DNA from: Octopus bimaculoides
Taxonomy: Eukaryota
Assembly (NCBI RefSeq): GCF_001194135.2
Contig: NC_068984.1
Location: forward strand, 144,361,821-144,425,820
DNA: 64,000 nt
Direction of reading: 5' to 3'
Below are positions 25,796 to 39,039 of this stretch, piece by piece (the stretch's first letter is position 1; every line of letters begins with the position of its first letter). The translations under genes were made by a program, and so were the position numbers. The notes beneath the pieces were generated by a model. The model was not told the DNA's origin, ran no database searches, and saw only the letters and a list, made by a program, of their open reading frames with translations.

Positions 25796-26403
25796 TGCTG
25801 TGCGTGAGAAGACCCAGCAAGCCAAGTGAGACCATAATCCGAGGCTTCTGCGAGGGGTGTAGCCAGCCCACTTATGCGTACCTTTCTTTCATTAGACACT
25901 AAACTCCGCTTGCGAAGACCTGTTGGGGCAAGTAAAAGCGAAATCGTGATGGCACCTGTGGCAGTGGAGCGCTAAGAGCACCGTCCGAGTATGATCATTG
26001 CCAGAGCAGCTGTCTGGCTTCCATGCCAGTGGCATGTAAATAGCACCATTCAAACGTGTTCATTACCAGCGTCGCCTTACTGGCACTTGTGCCAGTGGCA
26101 TGTGAAAAAACATTTGAGTGAGGTCGTTGCCAGTGCCGCTGGACTGGCTCCTGTGCAGGTGGCACGTAAAAAACACCATTTTGAGCATGGCTGTTGCCAG
26201 TATCGCCTGGCTGGCCTTTGTACCGGTGGCATGTAAAAGCACCCACTACACTCTCGGAGTGATTGGCGTTAGGAAGGGCATCCAGCTGTAGAAACTCTGC
26301 CAAATCAGATTGGAGCCTGGTGTAGTCATCTGGTTCGCCAGTCCTCAGTCAAATCGTCCAACCCATGCTAGCATGGAAAGCGGACGTTAAATGATGATGA
26401 TGA
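25796..26403 (+). mobile_element. RTE LINE 3' end with (GAT)n tail
   Basis: Same sequence as 17430-17886, ending ggacgttaaatgatgatgatga. Confidence 0.8.
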
Positions 26404-26889
26404 TTATACTACGTTATGGCAGCATTCACCAACTTAATCAAGGAAACTGTCCAGAAGAGTTGCTCAAGGTGTCATGCAGTGGGATTGAACCTGGAACCAT
26501 GTGGTTTGGAAGCAAGATTGTTAACCATACATCCACACTTACAGGATGTGATGTGAAAGAAATTTGACTGCTGTTTCTAGCAGATCAAGCACCCAAATGG
26601 ATGCTGGTATGTGTGTATGTATGGTTACTTCTGTTCATACTTCCCTTACTGATTAACTTTCAAATGTTTTGTGCCAACAAAGAAGTTTCCTTACAAAGTT
26701 ACTCGACCTGCTAGAAATAATAGCCAAATCTCCATCAGATCTATTTCATATAATGAATGAAATAGAGCACAGAAAGCAAAAACAAATCCCACAAAGCATT
26801 CCAAGTTGAAACCTCCATCATGGTTATTTTTTTCCTTTCATCCTTTCAAGTACCAGTCATGTACTGGGCTCAATTTGTCTCTCTGCTTT

Positions 26890-27350
26890 TTACTTTTTTA
26901 CTTGTTTCAGTCATTTGACTGTGGCCATGCTGGAGCACCGTCTTTAATTGAGCAAATCGACCCCAGGACTTATTCTATCGGTCTATTTTGTTGAACCGCT
27001 AAGTTACAGGGATGTAAACACACCAGCATCGGTTGTCAAGCGATGGTGGGGGGGACAAACACAGACGCACAAACATATACACACACATATATATATACAT
27101 ATATATGACGGGCTTCTTTCANNNNNNNNNNTGGTGGGGGGGACAAACACAGACGCACAAACATATACACACACATATATATATACATATATATGACGGG
27201 CTTCTTTCAGTTTCCGTCTACCAAATCCACTCACAAGGCTTTGGTCGGCCTGAGGTTATAGAAGACACTTGCCCAAGGTGTCACGCAGTGGGACTGAACC
27301 TGGGACCATGTGGTTCGTAAGCAAGCTACTTACCACACAGCCACTGCTAC
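26890..27350 (-). mobile_element. tRNA-derived SINE (partly duplicated across an N gap)
   Basis: Matches the family at 52250-52622. Confidence 0.75.
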
Positions 27351-28255
27351 GCCTTTTCTGCTCCTTTTCTGTCTGAAAGAAACCATCTGCATTGAGATCT
27401 TCAGCAGGATCAGCTCTTCCAGGTTTCAAAACTTCAAACACATGGCCATATATCACCACAGTGCTCCCTTTGACCCCACCAGGAGTTGATGAGACTCCAA
27501 GGACACGAAAAAACCCTAAAATATTTTGATGTTGTTGGGAAAGGTTCTTCTCCCAACTGTCTTGTTTTAAATGATAGCGTAACCAAATTATAATTCTGTT
27601 TAAATCGAGTGGCCATTGTTTAATCTTTAGTCAGCCCTGTCTGAACATAGCTATGATCAAAGACACTCTGGCCATGACTATCCTGTCTTTTTCCAATTTT
27701 GTTCCATCTATTATATTATCCAAAGTTCTTTTTTAAGATGATAGTGTGATTTGAGGGAGATTTAGCTGCTATTTCAATCAAATCTATGACCAAATGGTCC
27801 TTGACCATCAGGTTTTTTCCTATAATATTCCATATCAGCTTTTATCGAAGATGGTAAGATTTGATTTGAGGGAGATTTGACTGCTGTTTTTAGTGGGTCA
27901 AATGACTATGTAGATGTTTCCATTTGTCTTTTCTTCGTTTAGTCAAGAATAATTTGGCAGTCACTAATTAGCCACTGGAAAACTTTTAATCAATTGTTGG
28001 GTGCTAAACAATTTAAATCAGACGAACATAATTACCCCCCCCCCCCCCTACTCTTCTTTCACCAACGAATGGCAGAATAAAATGTCTTCTTGGAATTCAG
28101 TTATATTTCTAACTCTCTCACACATTTGTGAGTGTGTGTGTGTGTGTAAGTGTGTATACATACTTATGTGTGTCATATATAAACACACACACACCTATAT
28201 ATATAGGCACAGTGAAATCAGGATTACCTTGAGAGTCTGCCCTGGCACATCACCA

Positions 28256-28296
<41 letters not shown>

Positions 28297-29071
28297 TCAC
28301 TCTCTCACTCACTCACTCACTCACTCACTCTTTCACTCACTCACTCTTTCTCTCTCTCTCATTCTTGATCACACTCTCCCTCTCTCTTTCACTTTCATTC
28401 TCTCTCTCGCTTTCTCTCATTCTTGATCACTTTCTCTCTTTCTTGATCTCTCTCGCTCTCTCATTCTTGATCACTCTCTCCCTCTCTCTCATTCTTGATC
28501 TCTCTCTCTCTCTGACTAGGGCAACCATGTATCTCCTTTACAACAACACCACACCTGTTTCGGTCCCTCTATCATCACCTGGCACCAGGCCACCTCCTCC
28601 AATGCCCTCCCCCACCACCAAAGGACCCTTGTCTTGTGAGTTACTTGGTGACTTTGCCAGTGCTGACGCCATGTAAAAGGCATCCAGCCCACACTGTAAA
28701 GTGGTTGGCATTTGGAAGGGCATCCAGCTGTAAAGACCCTCCCAAACCAGACAGTGGGGCCTGGGGCAGTCTTCTGGCTTGCCAGCTCCTGTCCCAGCCT
28801 CTGCCGGAATGGAAAACAGACTTTAAATAATGGTGAAATATGGAGAGAGTTCTGATGCAAGCTGTGTCCTTGGGAAGTACATCTGCATATTCTAGTACTC
28901 CAAAATTATGTGAAGGTGTTCTATTTGTATGAGCTGTGCATAAGAGTTGAAAAATACTGGGAAATAGTTTTTGCAGAGCAATTGCATATCAAAACAGGAA
29001 ACTGGAAAGAAGTTTTGGTATTATTTATTCTCTAATAGGAATTATCATGATCTACGCATCCCAATGTCATC

Positions 29072-29210
29072 AGTTGTCTCACAGTTACTCACAACTGTGA
29101 CAAAAGTTGTCTCACAGTTACTCACAACTGTGACAAAAGTTGTCTCACAGTTACTCACAACTGTGACAAAAGTTGGCTCACAGTTACTCACAACTGTGAC
29201 AAAAGTTGTC
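29072..29210. repeat. 33-bp minisatellite, 4.2 copies, each with an internal hairpin
   Basis: Unit agttgtctcacagttactcacaactgtgacaaa; one substitution in copy 4. Confidence 0.95.
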
Positions 29211-29638
29211 GAGCCCCATTTCAGCCCTGGTGAAACTGACTTACTATCAAAAGAATATTTAAAACAATTTAATCAGATGTCTTTCCTTCCTTTTGAAGAA
29301 CGTAGACTTACCTGCTGTTTCTAGCAGGTAAAATGACTTCATAAATATTCTGCTGTTTCAAGCAGATTGAGTGATCTCGTTCTCTAACTGTGATAACTCT
29401 TGTACTCAGAAGAGGAGGGGGAAGAGGATACTGCAAGAGTGAATGAGAGCGTAAACTAAAACAGCAAATATATTGAAATCTCAACAATCTTTCGAGTTTG
29501 TCCAAGTTTTCAGTTTTGTTTTCATGAAAGTAAAGTATTTGAAACATCAAAAATTAACAATGTCTGTTGTAGATTTGACTAAAATATACATTACGTGTGT
29601 TCAAATGTAATATTTTTTACAGTCCAAAACTAATCGTC

Positions 29639-30041
29639 GTGGCACTCTGTCGGTTACGACAACGAGGGTTCCAGTTGATATGATCAATGGAACAGCCTGC
29701 TCGAGAAATTAACGTGCAAGTGGTTGAGCACTCCACAGACACGTGTACCCTTAATGTAGTTCTCGGGGAGATTCTGCGTGACACAGTGTGACAAGGCTGG
29801 CCCTTTGAAATACAGGTACAACAGAAACAGGAAGAAAGAGTGAGAGAAAGTTGTGGCGAAAGGGTACAGCAGGGTTCACCACCAGCCCCTGCCGGAGCCT
29901 CGTGGTGCTTTTAAGTGTTTTCGCTCAAACACTCGCAACGCCCGGTCTAGGAGTGGAAACCGCAATGCCCGGTCTAGGAATCGAAACCATGATCCTACGA
30001 CTGCAAGTCTGCTTCCCTAACCACTGGGCCATTGTGCCTCC
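29639..30041 (-). mobile_element. Near full-length tRNA-derived SINE with duplicated B-box segment
   Basis: Reverse complement of the 42820-43190 copy; cccggtctagga occurs twice. Confidence 0.75.
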
Positions 30042-30504
30042 ATTAATCATAGTAGATTCAAGATGAATATACTATGAGTGACGAGTCTACTATACCTGAC
30101 AACTCGACTATGCCTAACAATTATGCTTTCATGACCATACTGTGACTGATGACTGTATCATGATGAGGTCTAATTAGACTGAAACATGTCCGTGGTTGTC
30201 ACCATTTCTGTCCACAAGGATTAAGATTTTCAACAAACTATGACAATTGTTTTCTGTGAAATTCTTAACAATTTTAAAAATTGTTTCCCCATCCTTTCTA
30301 AAGTCATTATCAAATGCTTCTAAGGTTTTATTCTTTTTCCAAATATCTGTTTGAGTATTTTTTTTCTTTCCTTTTTCTGCATGCCATTCAGTCCATCATG
30401 ATCTCCCTGAATTAACAATGCTTTCTTTTTTTTTTGCCATTTTCCCTCGCAGTTACATAATCACGCATAACAGTTCTATAGACTCATAGACAAATACAGG
30501 ATTC

Positions 30505-30618
30505 ATGTCTTCCTCTATACCCATTGCTGATCCAGATGATTATGAAATCTGCCCGTATGACCCTGTTCACAGGGTACAGAGCAGGAGAATGGTTTACCAT
30601 TTAGAAAAATGTCGGAAA
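30505..30618 (+). CDS. GTSF1: GTSF1-like coding exon 1 (CHHC zinc finger 1)
   Basis: MSSSIPIADPDDYEICPYDPVHRVQSRRMVYHLEKCRK = C-P-Y-D-x2-H-x9-H-x3-C (U11-48K-type CHHC). Donor GTAAGT, phase 0. Confidence 0.93.
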
Positions 30619-30642
30619 GTAAGTACACTACTGTAGTTATTA

Positions 30643-30756
<114 letters not shown>

Positions 30757-30949
30757 ACTCTGAATCCCTTTCATCTCAACTTAGCTGTGAACATTCTTGC
30801 TTTTACAATACATAACTTGAAAATAGAAATAATATATTTCTAAATCTCTCAGATTTATGCAGATTTATGCAGCGCAATAAAGTGATAGTATGTTGTCAAC
30901 TTTATGTGACAGTCTCATAAAAGGGAAGAATGCTACTGTTATTTAGCCC

Positions 30950-31920
30950 TAGGAAGTACTGCTTCCTGTTGGCCTAGACACATTTCCTGTGTCCTTATGC
31001 TTACAAAGGAGGAGATAAGCACCTCCACCCAGCATCCAGAGACTAGTTTCAGAGTCATTGCTCATCATCAGTCTGGAGTAGTCTATATTCCAATCCAGCA
31101 TATGACGTTCTTTCTGGGCAAGTTGAACTGCTGCAGTCTCCCAAATTACACTTTGTGGATTTTTAGAGCAGGACCAGATTGAACTGAGGATGTTCTGAAG
31201 TGCAGTATTGACATATCCAGAATTGCAAAATTCAAACCAGTTTGAACATTGTAAACTCAGCACAATAATGGTTCCAGTCTGCTTTATTCCAGTCAAAAGC
31301 AAGCAGTTTGGAAGTGGTAATGGTTCTTGTTTTTGCCCACAAAAGACAAATTGGTAATGACCATAGCATAACCAGAGTCGCCTGAGTCCTCTGTAATGTC
31401 ACTGATAACTATTTCAGGAGTAGTGAAGAGCATATTCAAAGTGTTGTTACCTCTTGTAGGGGGAAGTGACTTCTTGGGACCAACTTGAATCCAGCCCTCT
31501 ATCAGGGAAATCATTTACACTTTGCAGCCAACGAAAAGTTTCCCAATCAATCTTGGAGTAGTTGAGGTCACCAGCAATGAAAACGTAAGTGGTTGTTTTC
31601 CTAGATGCAGTCCTGAGGATGTAAAAAGCTGTGTGTCTTGATGGTACTTTGGTGGGCAGTAGATAGCGCCAAGAAGCAGTGTTAACATGTTGATGCATAT
31701 ATCAGAAAAAAAGCAAAAAACCCTTTTGTTATGATTGGTTCAAAGAATTGTTGAAAAGTTGGAACAAATGTAAACCATCACACAACCCCAACAACGATTA
31801 ACATGGTCATTGCAAAACAAGTTGTAACCAACCATGCTAAAACCAGCATCACAGAATAGAGAGTGCCCATGTTTCTGTGACTGTGATGAAATCAGGGTTG
31901 ATGCTTTTGATGCAAGAGTC
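30950..31920 (-). mobile_element. Decayed CR1/L2-like LINE ORF2 remnant
   Basis: Minus-strand endonuclease motifs GYNLFCNDHVNRCWGCVMVYI and VFIAGDLNYSKIDW, with stops and frameshifts. Confidence 0.7.
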
Positions 31921-31957
31921 AATTAAAAACATAAGTTCTTTTTGTTTTTGTTTCTAG

Positions 31958-32084
31958 AATTTTCCAATGAAAAAAACTCGAATTTGTCCCTTCAATAACA
32001 AACATCGAATTCCGGAGCCAGAATTTCGGTATCATTTGGTTTTATGTCCAGATAAAGCCATTCTTGACCAAGATTTGAAACATG
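31958..32084 (+). CDS. GTSF1: GTSF1-like coding exon 2 (CHHC zinc finger 2)
   Basis: NFPMKKTRICPFNNKHRIPEPEFRYHLVLCPDKAILDQDLKH. Acceptor tttgtttctag, donor GTAAGT; phase 0 to 1. Confidence 0.93.
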
Positions 32085-32319
32085 GTAAGTATTCTAGAAC
32101 TTCCTTACATCAGCACTATTTTGATTTCTTTTCTACTCTAGGCACAAGGCCTGAAATTTTGGGGGAGGTGGAGGGGCCAGTCAATTAGATCGACTCCAGT
32201 ATGCAACTGGTACTTTATCGACCCCAAAAGGATGAAAAGAAGTCGATCTCAGTGGAATTTGAACTCAGAACGTAAAGACAGACGAAATACTGCTAACATT
32301 TCTGCCAGCTCACCACCTT

Positions 32320-32373
<54 letters not shown>

Positions 32374-32376
32374 AAA

Positions 32377-32417
<41 letters not shown>

Positions 32418-32618
32418 TTAAATGGAATAATGTTGTCCAAATATGAAGAATTTTTAGAGCTCATCCTAGCTTTCAATGTTGTCATTTTCTTTTTCTAAGT
32501 GTTATATATGAACAGCAAGAACTTTTAAGTGTCAGAATTATAGTCTAAATTCTTCCAGTTACCGTAAATTTGAATTGACCCGTGAGAACTTCAAATGCGT
32601 TTCCTCTCAAATTTTCAG

Positions 32619-32720
32619 CCTGGCTTCAGCAGAATAAAGATGATGAGGAACTTCCTTCTGGGAACCTCGAGGTCCCCGATACGAACTTTCAACTAAACAT
32701 GGAAGAAGATTGGGAAGCAG
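32619..32720 (+). CDS. GTSF1: GTSF1-like coding exon 3 (acidic region with EEDWE motif)
   Basis: AWLQQNKDDEELPSGNLEVPDTNFQLNMEEDWEA. The acidic Trp motif is typical of the PIWI-binding region of GTSF1. Phase 1 to 1, canonical sites. Confidence 0.88.
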
Positions 32721-34167
32721 GTTAGTATTGTCTCTGTTTATAAAGCATTGTAGTTATCAAGCTCTTTTGGAACCAAGGGAAGTATCATTTCTACATAGAG
32801 TGCACTCTGGATATTGGTGCCTCTTGGGACCCAGGTAAGTAATTCTCTACATAAGAGTATTGTGGTTATTGAGTTCTCTTGTGACTTGGTTAATTAGAGA
32901 CAATTCTCTACATTCAGACTATTGGAATTGTGTTTTCTAGAACTTGTTGCTTGTTCAGAGAAGCAGAGAATAGTTAAACATTACATTTGACAGAGTAATC
33001 TGAACACTAAACATGACAACACAATAATAATATGAACCACTGTAAACTTTGTTTTGAGGTGCATTGCAAAGGAATTTGTGTTTTCATTATTGTCAGCTGT
33101 TGAAAGCAAATTGATTATCTATAACTATAAAAGTGTGTGTGTGCGTGCGCATGTATGTTCCTTATGCATTCCAAAACCAAGTTGCCGATTTTAACGTAAG
33201 GGGTATCAAAAGATTCAGGAAGCTTTTGGCTACCAACTAAACTATATTTTCATTCACATATTTGTATTACAAAAAATTAACATTATCATTTTTCTTTTAG
33301 TCACCTGTCGTAAATGACCTTTTATATCACCACCACAATTATGATGACATCACATTTTCTACACGAGTGTGTCGATGACTGACAAGTACATGTGTGTGAC
33401 AGTATACATGTCTGTCAGTATACGTATATTTTTGTGATGCCTCACACACACACACACACACATTTAAAGACAGACACACACACAGGGACAGAGATAGGCT
33501 TCAAGTGTACGTTAATTTGTGTCTCTTAGTTTATGTATGCGACTCCTCCCCCCCGCAAACAGTGAAACGTGCCAATATTGAAAGTTTACTTGTGGCCTGG
33601 ACTTTATAAGAAGTTTTACACAGGTTAGTTCTTGACTCTGGAAGCTTCTCTCATTCTCTCCCTTGTTCTCCCTCTTCCTCCATTGTTCTCTTTCTCCCAT
33701 TCATCCTCTCTCTCTCTCTCTCCCTCTCTCTCTCTGGCTCTGTCTATCTAGTTACATTTGTGTGATGTGCAATGTCTCTCTCTCTCTACCTGTTTGTGTA
33801 TATATCTGCATGCACACATTTGTCTCCAGCACCAAAAACTGTTGTCAAAACAAGTTCAATGTCCAGTCAGCTACGTCAAAGTCTCAGTGCCCAAGCAGCT
33901 GCACCCTATTGTCTCATTCCGTTTATTTATTGACCCTGAAAAAATGAAAGTCAAAGTTGACTTGAGCAGGATTTGAACTTTTGAGTTCTGGGACTCAGAC
34001 CAAATACAGCAGTCTGTTCCCTTTGATGATGTTCTAAGGATTTTGCCAGTTTGCTGCCACTCTTGTACAGTAGTTCAAAGACTTATTTTTTTCATTGAAA
34101 TATATAGCAGAGAAAATATTCTTCAATGTCTCCACTTATGACAATTCTTTCAATAATTCTATTTCAG

Positions 34168-34213
34168 ATTCAGAACAGAAGTTTTTCAAGCTTGGTGCTG
34201 GAAGAATTGCCAG
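34168..34213 (+). CDS. GTSF1: GTSF1-like coding exon 4
   Basis: DSEQKFFKLGAGRIA; atttcag/GTAAAA. Its phase 1 to 2 exactly bridges exons 3 and 5. Confidence 0.75.
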
Positions 34214-35322
34214 GTAAAATGGTTTTTTTTCATTGGTCAACAATCTCATAGTAATCAGTGGAGGGAATGTGGTGGGTGACAGATGTAAGGGAGACAGTGC
34301 CAAGGATGAAGTTAGAGGTACATAGGGATGGAAATGAACAGAGGTAATTGGAGGAAGGGCTACTGTTGGCATAGTAGGGTTGTACAGGGGAAGAAGGGGT
34401 GAAAGGGGCAATCAGTGGAAAATAAGGTAATAAGGGATGATAACTGAGAATGCTTGAGAAAAAGGAAGATTCAGTGGAAGCTGAGAAGCAGGGAAATGAA
34501 ATCTGTGTAGTTCTGCTCTCATAATACAACAGCTGAGTGAACGAAGCCAGGGTAGATGTTAGGGAGAGATTGGGTGTAGAGGCAGAGATAAGGGATAGGC
34601 TTTTAGGTTATCACTTTTGTTTAGATATTACAAAATGTATATAAAAACCAAAACTGTAGCAAAATAAAGAACATACTTTTATGCATGATTTAAAGGCCTT
34701 GTTAATCACAATATAAGTTTGCCGCTTCCCAGCCAGAATGGATGAGGATAGCTGTGTGAAAAAGTGCCACACCCTAGCGGTTGAGGGAAGACCTGGGATG
34801 AAGTGGTGAAGCGTGACCTTCAAACATTAGGCCTCACCGAGGCAATGACATGACCGAGATCTTTAGAAATATGCTGTGCTTTAGAAGACCCGACAAGCCA
34901 AGTGAGACCATAACCTGTGGCCTATGCCAGGGGTGTAACCAGCCCACTTATGCGTACCTTTCCTTCATTGGACACTAAACTCTGCTTGCAAAGACTTGTT
35001 GAGGCAAGTGAAATTGAAATCAAATTCGATGACTGGCACCCATGCTAGTGGAGTGCTAAGAGCACCATTCGAGCGTGACCGTTGCCAGAGCAGCGGACTG
35101 GCTTCCATGCCGGTGGCACGTAAAAAGCACCATTCGAGCGTGATTGTTACCAGCGTCACTTTACATGGAAAGCAGACGTTAAAAGCAAGCATCGGGTTAT
35201 TTTGTCAAACTAAAATTCTTCAAGGTGATGCCCCAGCATGGCCACAGTCTAATGACTGAAACAAGTAAAAGTTAAAAGCTAAAAGAATCAACTTCAAACA
35301 AATTTTTAAATTTTGATTTTAG

Positions 35323-35471
35323 CAGTCATTCCGTGGTGGATACAAACCAAACTGAACTAAGGTTACCGGCTCACAAGTTTAACAACAGTCAAGATAACCT
35401 TCCAGTCTATCAGTTTAGCTCAAATAGTTTGCTGATGGCATCAGAAGGAATTGGACGAGGAAGAGGAAAAG
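35323..35471 (+). CDS. GTSF1: GTSF1-like coding exon 5
   Basis: SHSVVDTNQTELRLPAHKFNNSQDNLPVYQFSSNSLLMASEGIGRGRGK. TAGCAG tandem acceptor; phase 2 to 1. Confidence 0.72.
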
Positions 35472-36709
35472 GTTGGCACTTTTTTTTTATATTCTTGTGA
35501 CTTCATGTTTTTCTTTTTTTAAATGTTTCTTTCCTATTGTCACAGTTTCTTTTTTTTCTCTCTCACTCTGCCTTTCTCTCTTTCTTGCTCTCACTTGCAT
35601 TACCTCTTTCTCTCTTACTTGCTCTGCCTCTCTCTCACTCTTCCTCTTTCTCTATCTAACTCTCTTTCATTCACTCTTCTTTCTCTCTCTCACACTCTCT
35701 CTCTCATTTGATTTTTCTCTGTTGTGAAATCTTTTTCTGTCTTTTTCTTATCTTTTATTTGCTGTTAAAACAATGACCTCTGACCCCTGACCTAATTCAA
35801 CTTCTGTTTTCATCTTACTAAAAGTTTGGTCTTTGCTGAGTTTTGAACCTGGGTCCTTCAACCGCACATCATGTTTTCCTTCTAATCCACCTCTACCATG
35901 TTGGGTGGTAACAGTTTCCCAATTGTTGGGAGATCTGCGAAGTCTTTAAAATTTGGTTTGCATCAATATTGATAGATTTTGGACAGTTGTGGAAGAATTA
36001 CCAGGGCCCTCTGTTAATCAGGGATGACCATGTCTCTGTGTGTCTGATCTGCAGACCTGGACAATATTCTTTTCTGTGCATGTTTTCAGGCAGTCAGGGA
36101 GACTGGTACTTGTCTACAAATCTCCTCTCTCTAGATTGGTGGTTCTCATCTGGGATCTATATAACCCTTGGGGGCCCATATACCCCTTTACTGTTTTATC
36201 CGCAGGAGGGGCTGTGTGATAAGAAGTTTTCTTACTATCCACATGGTTCTGGGTTCAGTCCCACTGCGTGGCACCTTGGGCAAGTGTCTTGTGCTATAAC
36301 CTTGGGCCGACAAAAGTCAATACCAGCCCCCCCCCCCCNNNNNNNNNNNNNNNNNNNNNNNNNNNNNNNNNNNNNNNNNNNNNNNNNNNNGCCATGACTG
36401 GCTCCTGTGCCAGTGGCATGTACAAACCATCAGCTGAACATGGCCAATGCCAGTGCCGCCTGACTGTTGCCATGCTGGTGGTACGTAAAAAACACCCACT
36501 ACACTCTGTGAGTGGTTGGCGTTAGGAAGGGCATCCTGCTGTAGAGACTCTGCCAGATCAGATTGGAGCCTCCTGGATCGCCAGCCCTCAGTCAAACCGT
36601 CCAACCCATGCCAGCATGGAAAGTGGACGTTAAACAACGCTGATGATGTAGAATGTCTGAAATTAAATCAGAAATGTAGAGTTTCATTTTAGCAGCTCAA
36701 AATCAGTGT

Positions 36710-36982
36710 TGGCCCAGACTCAGATGGAGAGGAATTGGAGCGAGGTGGCAGATAAGGTAGAGGCCATAGTACGGAAGTGGTCCGGAAGGGCTCTGTCCTT
36801 GAAAGAAGGGTGGAGGTGGTACAGGTGTTTATTGCATCTATAATCAGTTAGCGCCTGACCGTTGTCCCTTGCCCCGATTCATGGCTAAACAAGTTGGAAC
36901 GACTCCTTTACTGCTTGTTGTGGAAGGGAGGAAAGCCACTTGTAAGGCGCTCCATTTGCTGCCAGGAACCATTAAAGAGCGG
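36710..36982 (+). mobile_element. L1/Tx1-clade LINE RT C-terminal fragment
   Basis: ERNWSEVADKVEAIVRKWSGRALSLK(fs)RVEVVQVFIASII*RLTVVPCPDSWLNKLERLLYCLLWKG, a Tx1-like post-RT motif. Confidence 0.75.
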
Positions 36983-37078
36983 AAATATAATAATAATGAT
37001 GATGGTGATGATGGTGATTAAAATTTTTTTTTTTGCCATTATGTTAATCTAATAACTTTCAAAAACATTGTCTTTCAG

Positions 37079-37261
37079 GTTCAAAACCAGTGGTTCCAGT
37101 TGGCAGAGGAAGAGGAACTTCAGGTTGTAAAGAGAATGTGACGAAATTAGGGAAACCTGGTGCCTCTCAAACTGCAACAAAGCCAGGAAATGCCTCTGCT
37201 GTAGAATCAGCCAAATTATCTGTGTCTGTTGATAAAACTTGGTTACAAGATGTGAATCAAA
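37079..37261 (+). CDS. GTSF1: GTSF1-like coding exon 6
   Basis: GSKPVVPVGRGRGTSGCKENVTKLGKPGASQ...TWLQDVNQ; tctttcag/GTAATT; phase 1 to 1. Confidence 0.72.
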
Positions 37262-39039
37262 GTAATTATATTTTTGATATTATCATCAACTGCTGAAATA
37301 AAATAACCTTTGTCGGCCAACCTCAAGTTTCTGATGTTGTTCATCTGTTATTGCTGCTGCTGCTTTTTGTTTTCATTGAAAATCTCAAAGTGGAAGGAAC
37401 CCAAGTTACCATTTTCTTTCTCTTCCTTTTCTTTTATTATTAATACCTGATGGTATTTGATTGAATTGAGAGTCTACAGACTGATGTGACCAACGAGTTT
37501 AGTCTGTCCTCGTGTAACATACTGAACTAATTGCTTTTCTGCATCAGGACTATAGATGTTGCAATAATCTGGTCCATGTGGAATCTGACAAAGAACTCGG
37601 TTGCTATGCGTTGTGGACAATCACTCTTGTGGAAGGTTGACAGGAGAGTGTAACACTTGTGGAAATGACTGAATGGAGATTGTCATACTTGTTGTCGCAC
37701 TTATTGAGCACTGTCATGTGCACATGTGGAGAACTGTCATGTGCACATGTGTGGCGGCTGCTATAGGACTTATGCAAATGAAGATAGAATTTACCAATTT
37801 TATAATTGATTGGAATTTTATCTTAATTGATTGATCTTTCTGTGTATAAGCAAGGTAAGTGGTTAGGGTAGGATAAGATTGCTGTGTCTGTCTGTCCTCA
37901 TGTGTGACACACAGACACACTTGTGACTCCACCATAATGACAAATACACGAAATTGACTGTTGTTGTACCACCTCACATTGCTGAACAACACCACAAGTG
38001 AATTAGTTGAGGTTTGTGGTTCAAAAGAGCAGAAATGAAAATAATAAAGTGTGATGATGATCAATGGAGGGTTTCGGTAATGATACAATAGGGGCCTGTG
38101 AGATGACTGAAGGTTTTCAGTAATGACACAGTGGGGCAGTAAAACCTTTTAGTGATGGGACAAACGAGATCACAAGATACATCAGTGAAGTAAGCTTACA
38201 TGGAGGAGATTATCTGATTTGTAAAGTTATTGATCTTCGACAATGGCATAATTTTTGGTATTGAGAAACTCAAGGCTGATATCGATCTTTCCGTTAACTA
38301 CAGTTCAATCTTTGGTCATTGCTGTTTATAGAAATGAGACTTACCACGATACACTATTTATTAAATATAGGCGTGGAGCAAGATGTTTGGTGAGGAAAAT
38401 GTAGTTGTAATGTTCATCCATTTTTTTTTTTTTTTTTTTATGGCATCAGCAATGTGAGTGAAGAGGAATTTTTCCAACTGCATTATAACACCATTATAAT
38501 CATCATTGGTATCTCTCGCTGCCAAGAATTGAATTGTATGGTTCTGGAAAAGCAGCACCTTTTGGCAGGTGATGCATCATACAAAACCTCCAATTTATCA
38601 CCAGTTCCCTGCCATACATAACCCCTTTGCTCCCTGGTCTTCCCATTGTAGGGAAACGTCATATTGTGACCAAAGCTTCATCCATTGACTTAGCACCATG
38701 ATCTTCCTAGATGAAATCCTTCACAAGGAAGGTCCACTCTGCCGATTCGGACAAAATTAGAAGGTCAGTCTTTGATAAGAATTGTAATTTACCTGAGTTC
38801 TCAGTGGCAGTTTTCCCAACAGTGCTTCGTGGACAGACACTTTGTTAAGCTGTTCCCAATAGAATTGGTATCTGGCATTCTGATGTAGCAGAATGCTCCT
38901 CTCACTCTTGCAATAACTTTGTGCTACGAAACAAAGATGATCTGATCATTCTGTCAATGATCACCTAACACAATTCACGCACAAGTTCATTTATTTTGTT
39001 CTATGATTAGGGTACCCATTATATATATATATATATATA

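Noticed and set aside
27040-27200. Direct duplication of ~80 bp of SINE
   Set aside because: The copies flank a 10-N gap; typical overlap artefact of scaffolding.
29072-29210. CRISPR-like array
   Set aside because: Units are contiguous with no unique spacers, and the context is eukaryotic with no cas genes.
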